From positions 15,941 through 79,940 of the IMG/VR virus record IMGVR_UViG_3300024978_000004: a stretch of DNA of 64,000 nt; one strand, given 5' to 3'. The notes below the pieces were generated by a model. The model was not told where the DNA came from. It saw nothing but the letters and a program-made list of their open reading frames with translations, and did not search any database. This document shows positions 1 to 8,516 of this stretch, piece by piece. This DNA is from a virus. How positions within the stretch are numbered: the stretch's first letter is position 1; every line of letters starts with the position of its first letter. Made by a program: the position numbers and the translations under genes.

Positions 1-1528
1 GAATCCAGTGATCTGCGTAAGTGATATAACGATCGAACAGATTCTGTCCATACTCACTGTACGATTCGAGATAAGCAGTCTGGATCTCTTTACCAATGAA
101 CTCACCAAACTTTGGTGCAAGAATCGTTTTGATGAAATCAATATACTTCTCTTCGGTTTCACCATTAAACTGTTCTTGTTCAATCTGCTTCTCCAAAACA
201 TACATCAGGTGTACAGGGTTAGCAGCAACTTCGGTATTGTCGTAGTTAAACACCTTCGACAAAATTTTGTATGCAAATCGAGTCGACAGACCACTCATGC
301 CTTCATCAACGCCTGCATCATCACGATATTCCTGAAGTGGCTTGGCTTTTGGATCGGTGTCTTTTAGATTTTCACCATCATACACACGCATTTTCGAGAA
401 AATAAGCGAATTTTCAGGTTCCTTGAGTCGAGTCAGCACAGCAAACTGGGCCATCATCTCAAGAGTGCCAGGTGAGCACGGAGCATCAGCGAGCGAGCTG
501 TTACGAAGAAGCTTTTCATAAATGTTGGTTTCTTCGGTCACGCGCAAGCAATAAGGTACCTTGACAATATAAACACGATCAAGGAAGGCCTCGTTGTTCT
601 TGTTGTTGCGGAACGACTGCCATTCAGACTCGTTGCTGTGTGCAAGAACAACACCACTGAACGGAATTGCAGCACCTTCTGTACCATTGAAGTTACCTTC
701 TTGGGTAGCGGTTAGCAGCGGGTGCAACATTTTGATGGGAGCCTTAAACATTTCAACGAATTCGAGAATACCTTGGTTTGCCAAGCAAAGACCACCGCTG
801 TAGCTGTATGCATCAGGATCATCTTGCGAATAATCTTCCAACTTACGAATGTCGACTTTACCAACAAGAGCGGAAATATCTTGGTTGTTCTCATCACCCG
901 GTTCAGTTTTAGTAATGCCAACTTGATTCAAACGAGACGGCCAAACTTTAACAACCTTGAATTTGGTGATATCTCCACCAAATTCACCAAGGCGTTTTGC
1001 AGCCCACGGAGACATAACGTGATTGAGGTAGCGGTCAGGAATTCCATAGTCTCGTTCAAGAGATTTGCTGTGTTTTTCCTTACTAAACAAACCAAGCGGA
1101 GATTCGTGTACAGGAGAACCTTTAATGGCATAAAACGGAATCTGCTCCATCAACTCTTTAAGTTTTTCCGCAAGAGACGATTTGCTGGAGCCAACAGGAC
1201 CCAACAGATACAGAATTTGTTTCTTTTCTTCAAGACCTTGAGCAGCATGTTTAAAGTAGGCAACGATCTGTTCGATCACATTTTCAATACCATAAAATTC
1301 TTTAAAAGCAGGATAACGCTTGATGACACGATTCATAAAGATTCGGCTCAACCGAGGATCGTGTTTCGTATCAATAGTTTCAGGCTCACCAATCGCCATC
1401 AACATACGTTCGCCGGCACTGGCGTATGCAGTTGGGTCTTCTTTGCAGAGGTCGAGATATTCCTGAATGGTCATCTCTTCGGGTTGATGAGATTTGTATT
1501 GCTCTTGGTACTCGGTAAAAATACTCAT
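1..1528 (-). CDS. prkA: PrkA/YeaG-family serine protein kinase (AAA+), truncated by the left window edge
   Basis: Manual minus-strand translation from ATG 1528 (RBS AAGGAG upstream): MSIFTEYQEQY...MTIQEYLDLCKEDPTAYASAGERMLMAIGEP...EFYGIENVIEQIVAYFKHAAQGLEEKKQILYLLGPVGSSKSSLAE. Absent from the ORF track, presumably because it has no stop inside the window. Confidence 0.93.
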   Translation of the reverse strand, partial: MSIFTEYQEQYKSHQPEEMTIQEYLDLCKEDPTAYASAGERMLMAIGEPETIDTKHDPRLSRIFMNRVIKRYPAFKEFYGIENVIEQIVAYFKHAAQGLEEKKQILYLLGPVGSSKSSLAEKLKELMEQIPFYAIKGSPVHESPLGLFSKEKHSKSLERDYGIPDRYLNHVMSPWAAKRLGEFGGDITKFKVVKVWPSRLNQVGITKTEPGDENNQDISALVGKVDIRKLEDYSQDDPDAYSYSGGLCLANQGILEFVEMFKAPIKMLHPLLTATQEGNFNGTEGAAIPFSGVVLAHSNESEWQSFRNNKNNEAFLDRVYIVKVPYCLRVTEETNIYEKLLRNSSLADAPCSPGTLEMMAQFAVLTRLKEPENSLIFSKMRVYDGENLKDTDPKAKPLQEYRDDAGVDEGMSGLSTRFAYKILSKVFNYDNTEVAANPVHLMYVLEKQIEQEQFNGETEEKYIDFIKTILAPKFGEFIGKEIQTAYLESYSEYGQNLFDRYITYADHWI

Positions 1529-1614
1529 TATTTACATCTCCTTTGATATTTGTTTTGAACTTCTGACATTAATCTTCTTACAATTTTAATAATACGTCAA
1601 CCAATTTTACCAAA

Positions 1615-1929
1615 TCACTTTGTAAAATTGCTTACACTTCCTACAGAATATACTTTGGTAAAACCCATTTGTTCTGCGTAGTTTTCGAACTGGCGAAGAT
1701 CAGAATCATCATCCGTTAATCCAAACAAAACAAGTGTATCAGTCGGTTTGTATTTTACACGAAGTGTTGATACATTGCGTAGCACAATATTAGCTGCCCC
1801 ACCAACCGTACCCTTTGCGTAGTCAACTGGAGGACGAACATCAATTAGTTTTGCGCCCTTATCAATCAACTTTTGTGCTTTTTGTGCTGAAATTTTCATA
1901 ATTTCCTCCATCGTTGTAAAATCAACCAA
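1615..1929 (-). CDS. Rhodanese-like domain protein
   Basis: LIDVRPPVDYAKGTVGGAANI matches the rhodanese N-terminal motif; no obvious catalytic Cys. Confidence 0.75.
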   Translation of the reverse strand: MVDFTTMEEIMKISAQKAQKLIDKGAKLIDVRPPVDYAKGTVGGAANIVLRNVSTLRVKYKPTDTLVLFGLTDDDSDLRQFENYAEQMGFTKVYSVGSVSNFTK

Positions 1930-2197
1930 ATATTCTTGTTGCCACTTCCGAACAACCTACAATAAAACAATCGTGCGTATCCCAATATTCCGCTACTTCG
2001 TGTACATAAAAAATATACGACATTGTTCCAATAATACGACCAGTATTGGGGTCAAACGTCCTAAAATAGTCTCCTATACGCAAATCAACTACTCTACAAC
2101 TCTTCCAGTTGAGTGAATCGTGTTTGACCATTTCCTCACCTTCGGGTTCGATTGTTTGGAAAATCTGATCCGTCCAGTCAGCAACCATCATATTCAT
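1922..2197 (-). CDS. Hypothetical protein
   Basis: 91 aa ORF overlapping both neighbours in an operon-like arrangement. Confidence 0.6.
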   Translation of the reverse strand: MNMMVADWTDQIFQTIEPEGEEMVKHDSLNWKSCRVVDLRIGDYFRTFDPNTGRIIGTMSYIFYVHEVAEYWDTHDCFIVGCSEVATRIFG

Positions 2198-2790
2198 TTT
2201 TTATCGAATCCTTGTTCTAGAATCTCTCGTTCACCCACCAAGTCTCTGTTGATAGCATTTTCGTTAGTGTATTTTTCTGGGTAGCGCTTCCGCAATTTTG
2301 CAATTACAGTATATAACCCATCTTCGGGGTTAATTCCAAGCTCATCCCATGCAATTGCTTGATACCAAGCTGTGTCAAATGTTTCTTCGCCGAAATTAAC
2401 GCGATCAACAGGTTCACCATTTCTTGTAGCGGAATCAATTGCTTGAAGCATCTCAACAGATTCAGTATACATACCAATTGCAGCATGGAACAAACGAGTG
2501 TTTTCAATGCCAACATCGCCTTTTTGACCTTCTTTTAACCAGTTGGGTGAGCCCGAACGTTGAACGACAGCAATATTGTACTGAATTTGCTCAATATACT
2601 TATTCCAAGCTTCAACATTGATATCACGTTTGTAAAATACGGTTTTTTTAACAATATCCATCACTTCACCCAATGCGATAGCAGCATTCATGAGTGCCCA
2701 AAATTGTTCTTGGTTGAAGTTTATGGTAGGTACCACACTTTCTGTGCGGATGGCGTTTGGAACGAATTCGTTAAGAGTCATTGTTGTCAT
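2194..2790 (-). CDS. MazG-like NTP pyrophosphohydrolase
   Basis: Two MazG-like helical repeats (LGEVMDIVKKTVFY; GMYTESVEML...NFGEETFDTAWY...VIAKLRKRYPEKY). Confidence 0.8.
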   Translation of the reverse strand: MTTMTLNEFVPNAIRTESVVPTINFNQEQFWALMNAAIALGEVMDIVKKTVFYKRDINVEAWNKYIEQIQYNIAVVQRSGSPNWLKEGQKGDVGIENTRLFHAAIGMYTESVEMLQAIDSATRNGEPVDRVNFGEETFDTAWYQAIAWDELGINPEDGLYTVIAKLRKRYPEKYTNENAINRDLVGEREILEQGFDKK

Positions 2791-2846
2791 TATTATATCC
2801 TTTGTGTGTTATATGTTATATGTTATATGAACAGACGAATGTTATT

Positions 2847-2875
2847 ATTGTATGGTATATCCTTCATAAAGTCAA
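2847..2875 (-). promoter_or_regulatory. sigma70-type early promoter
   Basis: TTGACT (2875-2870), 17-nt spacer, TACAAT (2852-2847); upstream of the mazG-rhodanese-prkA run. Confidence 0.75.
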
Positions 2876-2887
2876 CACATAAAAACA

Positions 2888-2911
2888 AAAAGGAGACCGA
2901 AGTCTCCTTTT
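2888..2911 (-). terminator. Rho-independent terminator
   Basis: AAAAGGAGAC-TTCG-GTCTCCTTTT. Confidence 0.85.
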
Positions 2912-2928
2912 AATAGTGCAAAGTGGTA

Positions 2929-3381
2929 TTAAAGTGTGCCGTAAGGAACGTAAGTACCAGTTGGTTGTGGAGTCGATGAAGCGTGTGGAGTCATCGAGAT
3001 TGGAAGACCAAAACCATCTTTAGGATTTACAACACCACCACAGAAATCGAGCTTGCCATCAGCAGGAGTCGTATCTACCGTTGGGGCAACAAAGTGTTGA
3101 TCCATAGGCAAACCAAAACCTGTGTGGTTTGGATCAAATGTAGCTGCTGCAACAACTTCTGGCCAAGCTTCTGCAAGTGTATCACTAACAACATATGTGG
3201 TACCTGGATGAGCTGCAACGAAAGCTGCATCAACCGTATCACCTAATGCATAAGCAGCGCAACCAGGGTGAGCTGGAACAACTGCCACCACTGCAACTGG
3301 AGCAGGTTGTGTTCCTGCCGAACCACCAAATGGGGTAGGAACTGTTTCTGTTAAACCAAAACCATCTTTAAATGTAGCCAT
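2929..3381 (-). CDS. Hypothetical Pro/Ala/Thr-rich protein
   Basis: 150 aa; KDGFGL motif near both termini; RBS GGAG. Confidence 0.7.
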   Translation of the reverse strand: MATFKDGFGLTETVPTPFGGSAGTQPAPVAVVAVVPAHPGCAAYALGDTVDAAFVAAHPGTTYVVSDTLAEAWPEVVAAATFDPNHTGFGLPMDQHFVAPTVDTTPADGKLDFCGGVVNPKDGFGLPISMTPHASSTPQPTGTYVPYGTL

Positions 3382-3462
3382 TATAAATCTCCTTAAAATA
3401 GAAAACGGGTATGTCGTACTTCATAGAGAGTATTTGTGTAATTGGGTAATTTAAATGAACTT

Positions 3463-3813
3463 TTACATAGTAATGTATTGTGACTGCGCTTTTTTTGTTT
3501 GAAGCACGCCAATACACTTACCTGTAATGAAACCATTAATCCAATCGGGTGATTTTTCTTTAAATGCAGTTGTCGCCATTATGGCTTCTGCAACCACCAC
3601 ATCGGGAATATTGGGGTATTTGGCTTTTAAAGAGCTTATAATTTCAGGTACTCCCTTACCACTATCTCGAAGATGTGCTGCAAAGGCAACAAACTCTCCA
3701 TATTCAACACACATCGTTGCTTCCTGGGGGGTAATTTTTGTGGAGTTGGGTTGTACAGCGAAAGTTGCTGTTGGTAGTATGACTAATAGTAAAACAGCAA
3801 ATAGTTTTTTCAT
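3463..3813 (-). CDS. Exported protein (signal peptide)
   Basis: MKKLFAVLLLVILPTATFA signal peptide. Confidence 0.7.
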   Translation of the reverse strand: MKKLFAVLLLVILPTATFAVQPNSTKITPQEATMCVEYGEFVAFAAHLRDSGKGVPEIISSLKAKYPNIPDVVVAEAIMATTAFKEKSPDWINGFITGKCIGVLQTKKAQSQYITM

Positions 3814-3892
3814 AATTATTCTCCTGCGTGAGTGTGATATTCTTATATATTACTCAACCGAGAGACGATTTGCATTAATTAAGATACAAAAC

Positions 3893-3921
3893 AAAAGGGG
3901 CCATTTAGCGGCCCCCTTTTT
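3893..3921 (-). terminator. Rho-independent terminator
   Basis: GGGGCC/GGCCCC stem flanked by A/T tracts. Confidence 0.7.
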
Positions 3922-4399
3922 ATACTAACGTTGCAGATAAGGTGTAATACAGATCAGATAACGTGGAATCGGCACTACCTGGCGCATCCAACGACAAAAC
4001 ATCGCCGGGGGCGAACGACGTTGCAGAGGCAAATGTAAAGGTAGCTGTAGCACTTGCTGCCGCAAAATTTACTGTACCAATAGAAGATCCATTCTTCTTA
4101 ATAGTGAAACTGCTTAAAGCGGTGGCTGCTGCATTAGCTTTGCAGAAACTACCCGTCAATCCCACAGGAAGCGTGAACGCTCTTGGGGCAACAAAACGAA
4201 GAATGGTGGCACCAGCGCCCGGCTTTCCAACCGTTCCGCTTGCAAGGTCATATATCTTGCTTCGTGTATCAGCAGTATTTGCTGTTGTTTGTGCTGTAGT
4301 AACCGAAACACCAATACCACCCGGTGTGCTATCTGCTGCAAGATTAACGGTAACGGATGGGGTATCCAAAACGGTTGGATTAACTTTTGTGAGTGACAT
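3920..4399 (-). CDS. Virion structural protein with a beta-rich C-terminal domain
   Basis: C-terminal ~110 aa (YDLASGTVGKP...RFVAPRAFTLP...KKNGSSIGT...F.AGDVL...APG.AD.TLSD) is paralogous to 27327-28397 and 29911-30294; late promoter CATAAATA at 4439-4432. Confidence 0.7.
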   Translation of the reverse strand: MSLTKVNPTVLDTPSVTVNLAADSTPGGIGVSVTTAQTTANTADTRSKIYDLASGTVGKPGAGATILRFVAPRAFTLPVGLTGSFCKANAAATALSSFTIKKNGSSIGTVNFAAASATATFTFASATSFAPGDVLSLDAPGSADSTLSDLYYTLSATLV

Positions 4400-4439
4400 A
4401 TTACATTCTCCTAATTAACACTTTGTATCTATATTTATG

Positions 4440-4937
4440 TTATAGAGGGGTAATACCAAGTTTTTGTAGTTGGTTTAATGTTTTGGGCCAGGTGCGATGT
4501 AAAATGCCGATGCCTCCTTGTGCCTTCCATTGAGCGATATTGTCATTACGATCATCTATTAGAATAGCATTTGGCTCTGCATATCGTTGTTTATCTGCTG
4601 ATCTGCACACAATTACAGGAACGTTTCTACCGAGATGTTCAGCACACCATAATTGTTTCTGTTGTGCTCCATTTTCGGATGCTGGTAACCCTGTCAAAAT
4701 CGTAGGATTCCAACCCTTAATGTAATTCCACAAATTTCTGCCTTCTGGGATCCAATCAAGAGTTTGAAAAAAGTTGGGAATGCTATAAATGGCATTCCAC
4801 ATATCCTTTTTGGACTGTTCATGGGGATATTTGCCTGTTAATTTCTTAACACCCCTTTCAAAATCAGCAAGAACACCATCCAAGTCACAATATATTTTGT
4901 ATTGTGAATTTTCAAACAACTCACGCAATTTCATCAC
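4440..4937 (-). CDS. HAD-family 5'(3')-deoxyribonucleotidase-like phosphatase
   Basis: DLDGVLADF (DxD) and ILIDDRNDNI motifs; begins MMKLRELFEN. Confidence 0.85.
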   Translation of the reverse strand: MMKLRELFENSQYKIYCDLDGVLADFERGVKKLTGKYPHEQSKKDMWNAIYSIPNFFQTLDWIPEGRNLWNYIKGWNPTILTGLPASENGAQQKQLWCAEHLGRNVPVIVCRSADKQRYAEPNAILIDDRNDNIAQWKAQGGIGILHRTWPKTLNQLQKLGITPL

Positions 4938-5215
4938 TTACTTCCTGCTTGCACTAACAACGCTTTGATTTCTTTTGCTCGTGCGCGAGTAGCACCTGTA
5001 CCCAAATCTGCTGTTACTCCAACGCTATCTCCCACAACACGAATTTCGTATTTGGCTTTACGTTCTTCGATGACGTAGACGAGTCTGTCATCTCCCGAAA
5101 GTTTATCATCATACACATAGAAATGTTTGTTGATGTATGTTTCTACTTTACGCGAAAATGTTTTAGGAGCCGAGGCCTCGGTAACCACCTTTTGCAGTAT
5201 ATCTTGTAATTTCAT
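4934..5215 (-). CDS. Hypothetical protein with MKLxDIL..E N-terminus
   Basis: 93 aa, MKLQDILQKVVTEA. Confidence 0.65.
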   Translation of the reverse strand: MKLQDILQKVVTEASAPKTFSRKVETYINKHFYVYDDKLSGDDRLVYVIEERKAKYEIRVVGDSVGVTADLGTGATRARAKEIKALLVQAGSK

Positions 5216-5216
5216 C

Positions 5217-5851
5217 TTAATTTCCTGTCCAACTTACAATAATTGCACCTGTTGTTCCTGGGCAACCGGAATTGTCACCACAGTTAAAGTTATAACATCC
5301 GGTAGTGCCGCCGCCACCTGATCCATTTCCTGTTGGTAAAATTGATGTTGATGTACCACCAACACCATAAATGTTTCCAGGGCCGCAGCCGCCGCCATGG
5401 CCGCCTGTACCATTTGTTCCTGGTTGGCCATTCGGAACACCACCAGGGCCGCCGGTCCCCCTTCATATCTTACAGATTTTCCTGGCCCACCGCCTGTTGA
5501 TGTAAAGCCTGCAAATGTAGTGTCACCGCCCGTGCGGGCAGGATAATCTGTTCCAATTGGTCGGTAATGTCCACCTTCCCCACGTTTTCCAATAGTGTAT
5601 GGAATTACTTGGCCGGGTGTTACACTAATTGTTTCAACACGCCAGCCACCACCTCCACCACCTGCTCCACCTGTACAACCATCCTGTTCACCTCCACCAC
5701 CTCCACCTCCACCAATAATAGTTACTGTAATCGTGTATACGCCGGCAGGCACCGTAAAGGTGCTCGAATAATCTACTGTTGGGGTGGGATTGGTTAAGTT
5801 AACCGAGCCTGGTAATACTTGTAGTTTGTACGGTTCGATGTATACTAGCAT
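5217..5851 (-). CDS. Glycine-rich virion/tail-associated protein, apparently frameshifted at a G5 run
   Basis: FTVPAGVYTITVTIIGGGGGGG glycine-rich domain. One extra G at 5457-5461 restores a Gly-rich C-terminus (GGPGGVPNGQPGTNG...GTTGAIIVSW) ending TAA 5219-5217, 1 nt before the next ATG. Confidence 0.75.
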
Positions 5852-5866
5852 AATTAATTCCTATTC

Positions 5867-6484
5867 TTATGTTAAGCTACTTGGTTTCCACGACACAATA
5901 GCCAAATTTTGCCCATAATACTGTGATACGGGACCAGCCGAAACACCCTGTGTAACATCAGCCGTCGGAAGCAGGTGTGCTCCATAATACGATGGGTTGC
6001 TGATTTGATAGTCAGCAACGAAAAGTGCTGATATATATGGTCCACCATTAAAAGTGCCGTATCCAGCAATGGCCAATCCCTTATCATATACAGGGATGGA
6101 AGTATTTAGTGATGGGTAGTGGGCTTGTGCGGTATTGTCAGGAGGGCCCAATAATTTATCGACCGCATATACCCCAACTACCCCAGGGGCATATGGAGAA
6201 TATCCACCAAAATTTGCTACTCCTGCCACATTATTGATATAAAAAATTGAAATATCCTGATCGTATTCTAGAGGTGTAATTGATCGTATAGCAAGTGTAG
6301 CGGGCACACCATTAACCGTCATGGTGTTAGTGCCGTGTTGTTGATATCCGTTAGTGAGCAATTCTGTTACTATAATAAGCGACTTGTATCCCACCGGAAC
6401 GGTGAGACCACTGCTGTTTCCCAGAAAAAGCAAACTCGGCGCAACTATCGTTTTTTGATATGGTGGCACATAAACAAGTGGCAT
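5867..6484 (-). CDS. Probable virion/tail-associated protein
   Basis: 205 aa, beta-rich, low charge; N-terminus MPLVYVPPY resembles those of 5851 and 49647. Confidence 0.55.
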   Translation of the reverse strand: MPLVYVPPYQKTIVAPSLLFLGNSSGLTVPVGYKSLIIVTELLTNGYQQHGTNTMTVNGVPATLAIRSITPLEYDQDISIFYINNVAGVANFGGYSPYAPGVVGVYAVDKLLGPPDNTAQAHYPSLNTSIPVYDKGLAIAGYGTFNGGPYISALFVADYQISNPSYYGAHLLPTADVTQGVSAGPVSQYYGQNLAIVSWKPSSLT

Positions 6485-6492
6485 ATGTGCTC

Positions 6493-6891
6493 CTATTTCA
6501 ACAATTCGACGTTGGTGTGTATGGTTATTGGATCAACTTTTGTATAACCCGATTGTACCAAGGATTTTGATTGTACTGGCTTCCTTCCAAGTGACCTATC
6601 AAGTGACCACGTAATGTGATAAATACTACCGTCCGGCCTTTGTATTCTTCCGTTTACTTCAACTACAAGTGCTTCCAACCCCTTACCATCGTCCGCATAT
6701 CCAACAACTTTAATACTTTTTGCATTTGCTGGTAATTGGACATCTGGGGAAACGCCAAAATTTAGAGTTATGTGATGACCAACAAACTCTGGATATTTAG
6801 GTGGGAATTTTTCCGCAAGTAGTTTTCTCGACTTTTTGTCAAGCACATATGCAATATACATTTCGTTTAGTAAAAATCCTATAAAGTTCAT
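6493..6891 (-). CDS. 2H phosphoesterase-family protein
   Basis: Two HxT motifs (GHHITLNFG, IYHITWSL) in 132 aa. Confidence 0.7.
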   Translation of the reverse strand: MNFIGFLLNEMYIAYVLDKKSRKLLAEKFPPKYPEFVGHHITLNFGVSPDVQLPANAKSIKVVGYADDGKGLEALVVEVNGRIQRPDGSIYHITWSLDRSLGRKPVQSKSLVQSGYTKVDPITIHTNVELLK

Positions 6892-8153
6892 TTTGATAAT
6901 TGCTTAATTTGTTCTTCTGCAGTATCTATGTTACTTTCCAAATCATGTATAACACACTCATCAAGATTTGGGGACTTTTTTGCGGCAGATAATTTTACTT
7001 TCATTGCTGCAATTTTTGCTTTCAGTTTCTTGATCTCTTCTGTGTTTTCTTTAGTTTCTACACCTTCATGATAAGAACTGCGGCGACCCGAACTTTGTTT
7101 TTCATGCCAATCGTCGGACGCTGTTCTATCAGCAGTTCCTTCTCTATAACCTAAGTTATAGTATGCTGCGTTATCATACCCAAACGATTTGACGGGATCA
7201 ATTTTATCAACACCTGACACACCATGCGACTTTCCCATTTTGTATGCAGCGCGTTGTCCACCGTTCATCTCCATTAGCTCATCTTCTTTAACAATCTTAA
7301 AATCAGCACGTTTGCGTTCGGCTTTAAGATCACGAAGCTTTTTATTAAGTGGGTCAGTTTCTGGAACAGTACCACCTTTGCGCCAAATATCGTGTATTTT
7401 TAATTCCACAGCATTGATATCTTGATTAATTTCTTTTTTAGAACGACCTGCTTCCGTTACTACATTATACCCTTCATTGTGGGAGATTGCATAACCTTCC
7501 ACATATTCGGCTCCATGTACTTTGTAACCTTTGTTTTTAAAATGTTTTTTGGCTTTTTCAACAGCATCAGCTTTATCACCTTTCACCCTAACAAACTTCT
7601 GCACTTGTTCCTTGCGTTTGGTAACTGCTGGATGATCAGGTTCGGATACAGTAACGGCAACACGATGATATGGAGCATCAGCCTCCGCAACAACACCTTC
7701 AATAATGTGAGCATCAACATAATCATTTACAGCTTTTGTTGCTGCCTTATGGTCCATATTATGCATGCGTCCAAGTTGAGTAGCGGCATGACCAACTTTG
7801 TTAGCAAACCATTCAGCCCCACCACGTTTGTTATACTCAGCAATGTGCTTATCCAACAGATTTTTAATATCTGCAGTAATACTCCCTGCTGATTCATGAA
7901 GCATACCAGGCATTTTTGATTGGGATAGATTATCAAAGTGTCCCTTATCATTGCCTTCACTATCCTTTGCTGTCCAATAGTTATTATCGGAACCATCTTT
8001 TGGATGAACGGCTGAACGAACAACAAATCCTCTATCTTTAGCGGCAGCTTTCCAATCCGATAAACTGCTATATTTGCCACCAATAGCTTCATCAAGACGA
8101 GTTACTTTATATTTTGGATGAGGTAACATTGATTCTAAAACTTTTTTTAACAT
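6888..8153 (-). CDS. Charged modular protein, probable internal head protein
   Basis: 421 aa; short modules separated by (L/V/I)xE|S/A/G motifs (LHESA, VVTEAG, YHEG) that resemble prohead-protease sites. Confidence 0.55.
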   Translation of the reverse strand: MLKKVLESMLPHPKYKVTRLDEAIGGKYSSLSDWKAAAKDRGFVVRSAVHPKDGSDNNYWTAKDSEGNDKGHFDNLSQSKMPGMLHESAGSITADIKNLLDKHIAEYNKRGGAEWFANKVGHAATQLGRMHNMDHKAATKAVNDYVDAHIIEGVVAEADAPYHRVAVTVSEPDHPAVTKRKEQVQKFVRVKGDKADAVEKAKKHFKNKGYKVHGAEYVEGYAISHNEGYNVVTEAGRSKKEINQDINAVELKIHDIWRKGGTVPETDPLNKKLRDLKAERKRADFKIVKEDELMEMNGGQRAAYKMGKSHGVSGVDKIDPVKSFGYDNAAYYNLGYREGTADRTASDDWHEKQSSGRRSSYHEGVETKENTEEIKKLKAKIAAMKVKLSAAKKSPNLDECVIHDLESNIDTAEEQIKQLSK

Positions 8154-8154
8154 A

Positions 8155-8514
8155 TTATTCTCCGGATGGAAGCGAATTTTGCAATCTCGTGCTTGCGTTT
8201 AAACGCTTATCGATTGAATCGAGTTCACGCTTATAACGCTCTATTAGAGCTTTATCAAGTTGTGTTTTTTGTTCTTTAAATTCTAACGCAAACAAGTTGT
8301 CTTCAATTTGTTTCTTGCGCAACCCGTCAATCATAAGACGTTGCTCAACACGCAGTTGTTTCAGTTGCGTAGTTTGATTAAGTTGTTCTTTATTAAAGTC
8401 ATCAGCATGAACATACCTACCATCTATTGCAAACGCAGTCGTGATAATGACTGCGAGAGCTGAAATAGTAGATACTCCAATTTTAACAGGATTGTTCTTG
8501 ATGATGTCCATCAT
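8155..8514 (-). CDS. Membrane-anchored coiled-coil protein
   Basis: N-terminal hydrophobic helix IGVSTISALAVIITTAFAI followed by a coiled coil. Confidence 0.6.
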   Translation of the reverse strand: MMDIIKNNPVKIGVSTISALAVIITTAFAIDGRYVHADDFNKEQLNQTTQLKQLRVEQRLMIDGLRKKQIEDNLFALEFKEQKTQLDKALIERYKRELDSIDKRLNASTRLQNSLPSGE

Positions 8515-8516
8515 TC

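Noticed and set aside
8-1546. Plus-strand ORFs 8-367 and 722-1546 from the track
   Set aside because: They are antisense shadows of the PrkA/YeaG gene on the minus strand, which has the recognisable motifs and RBS.
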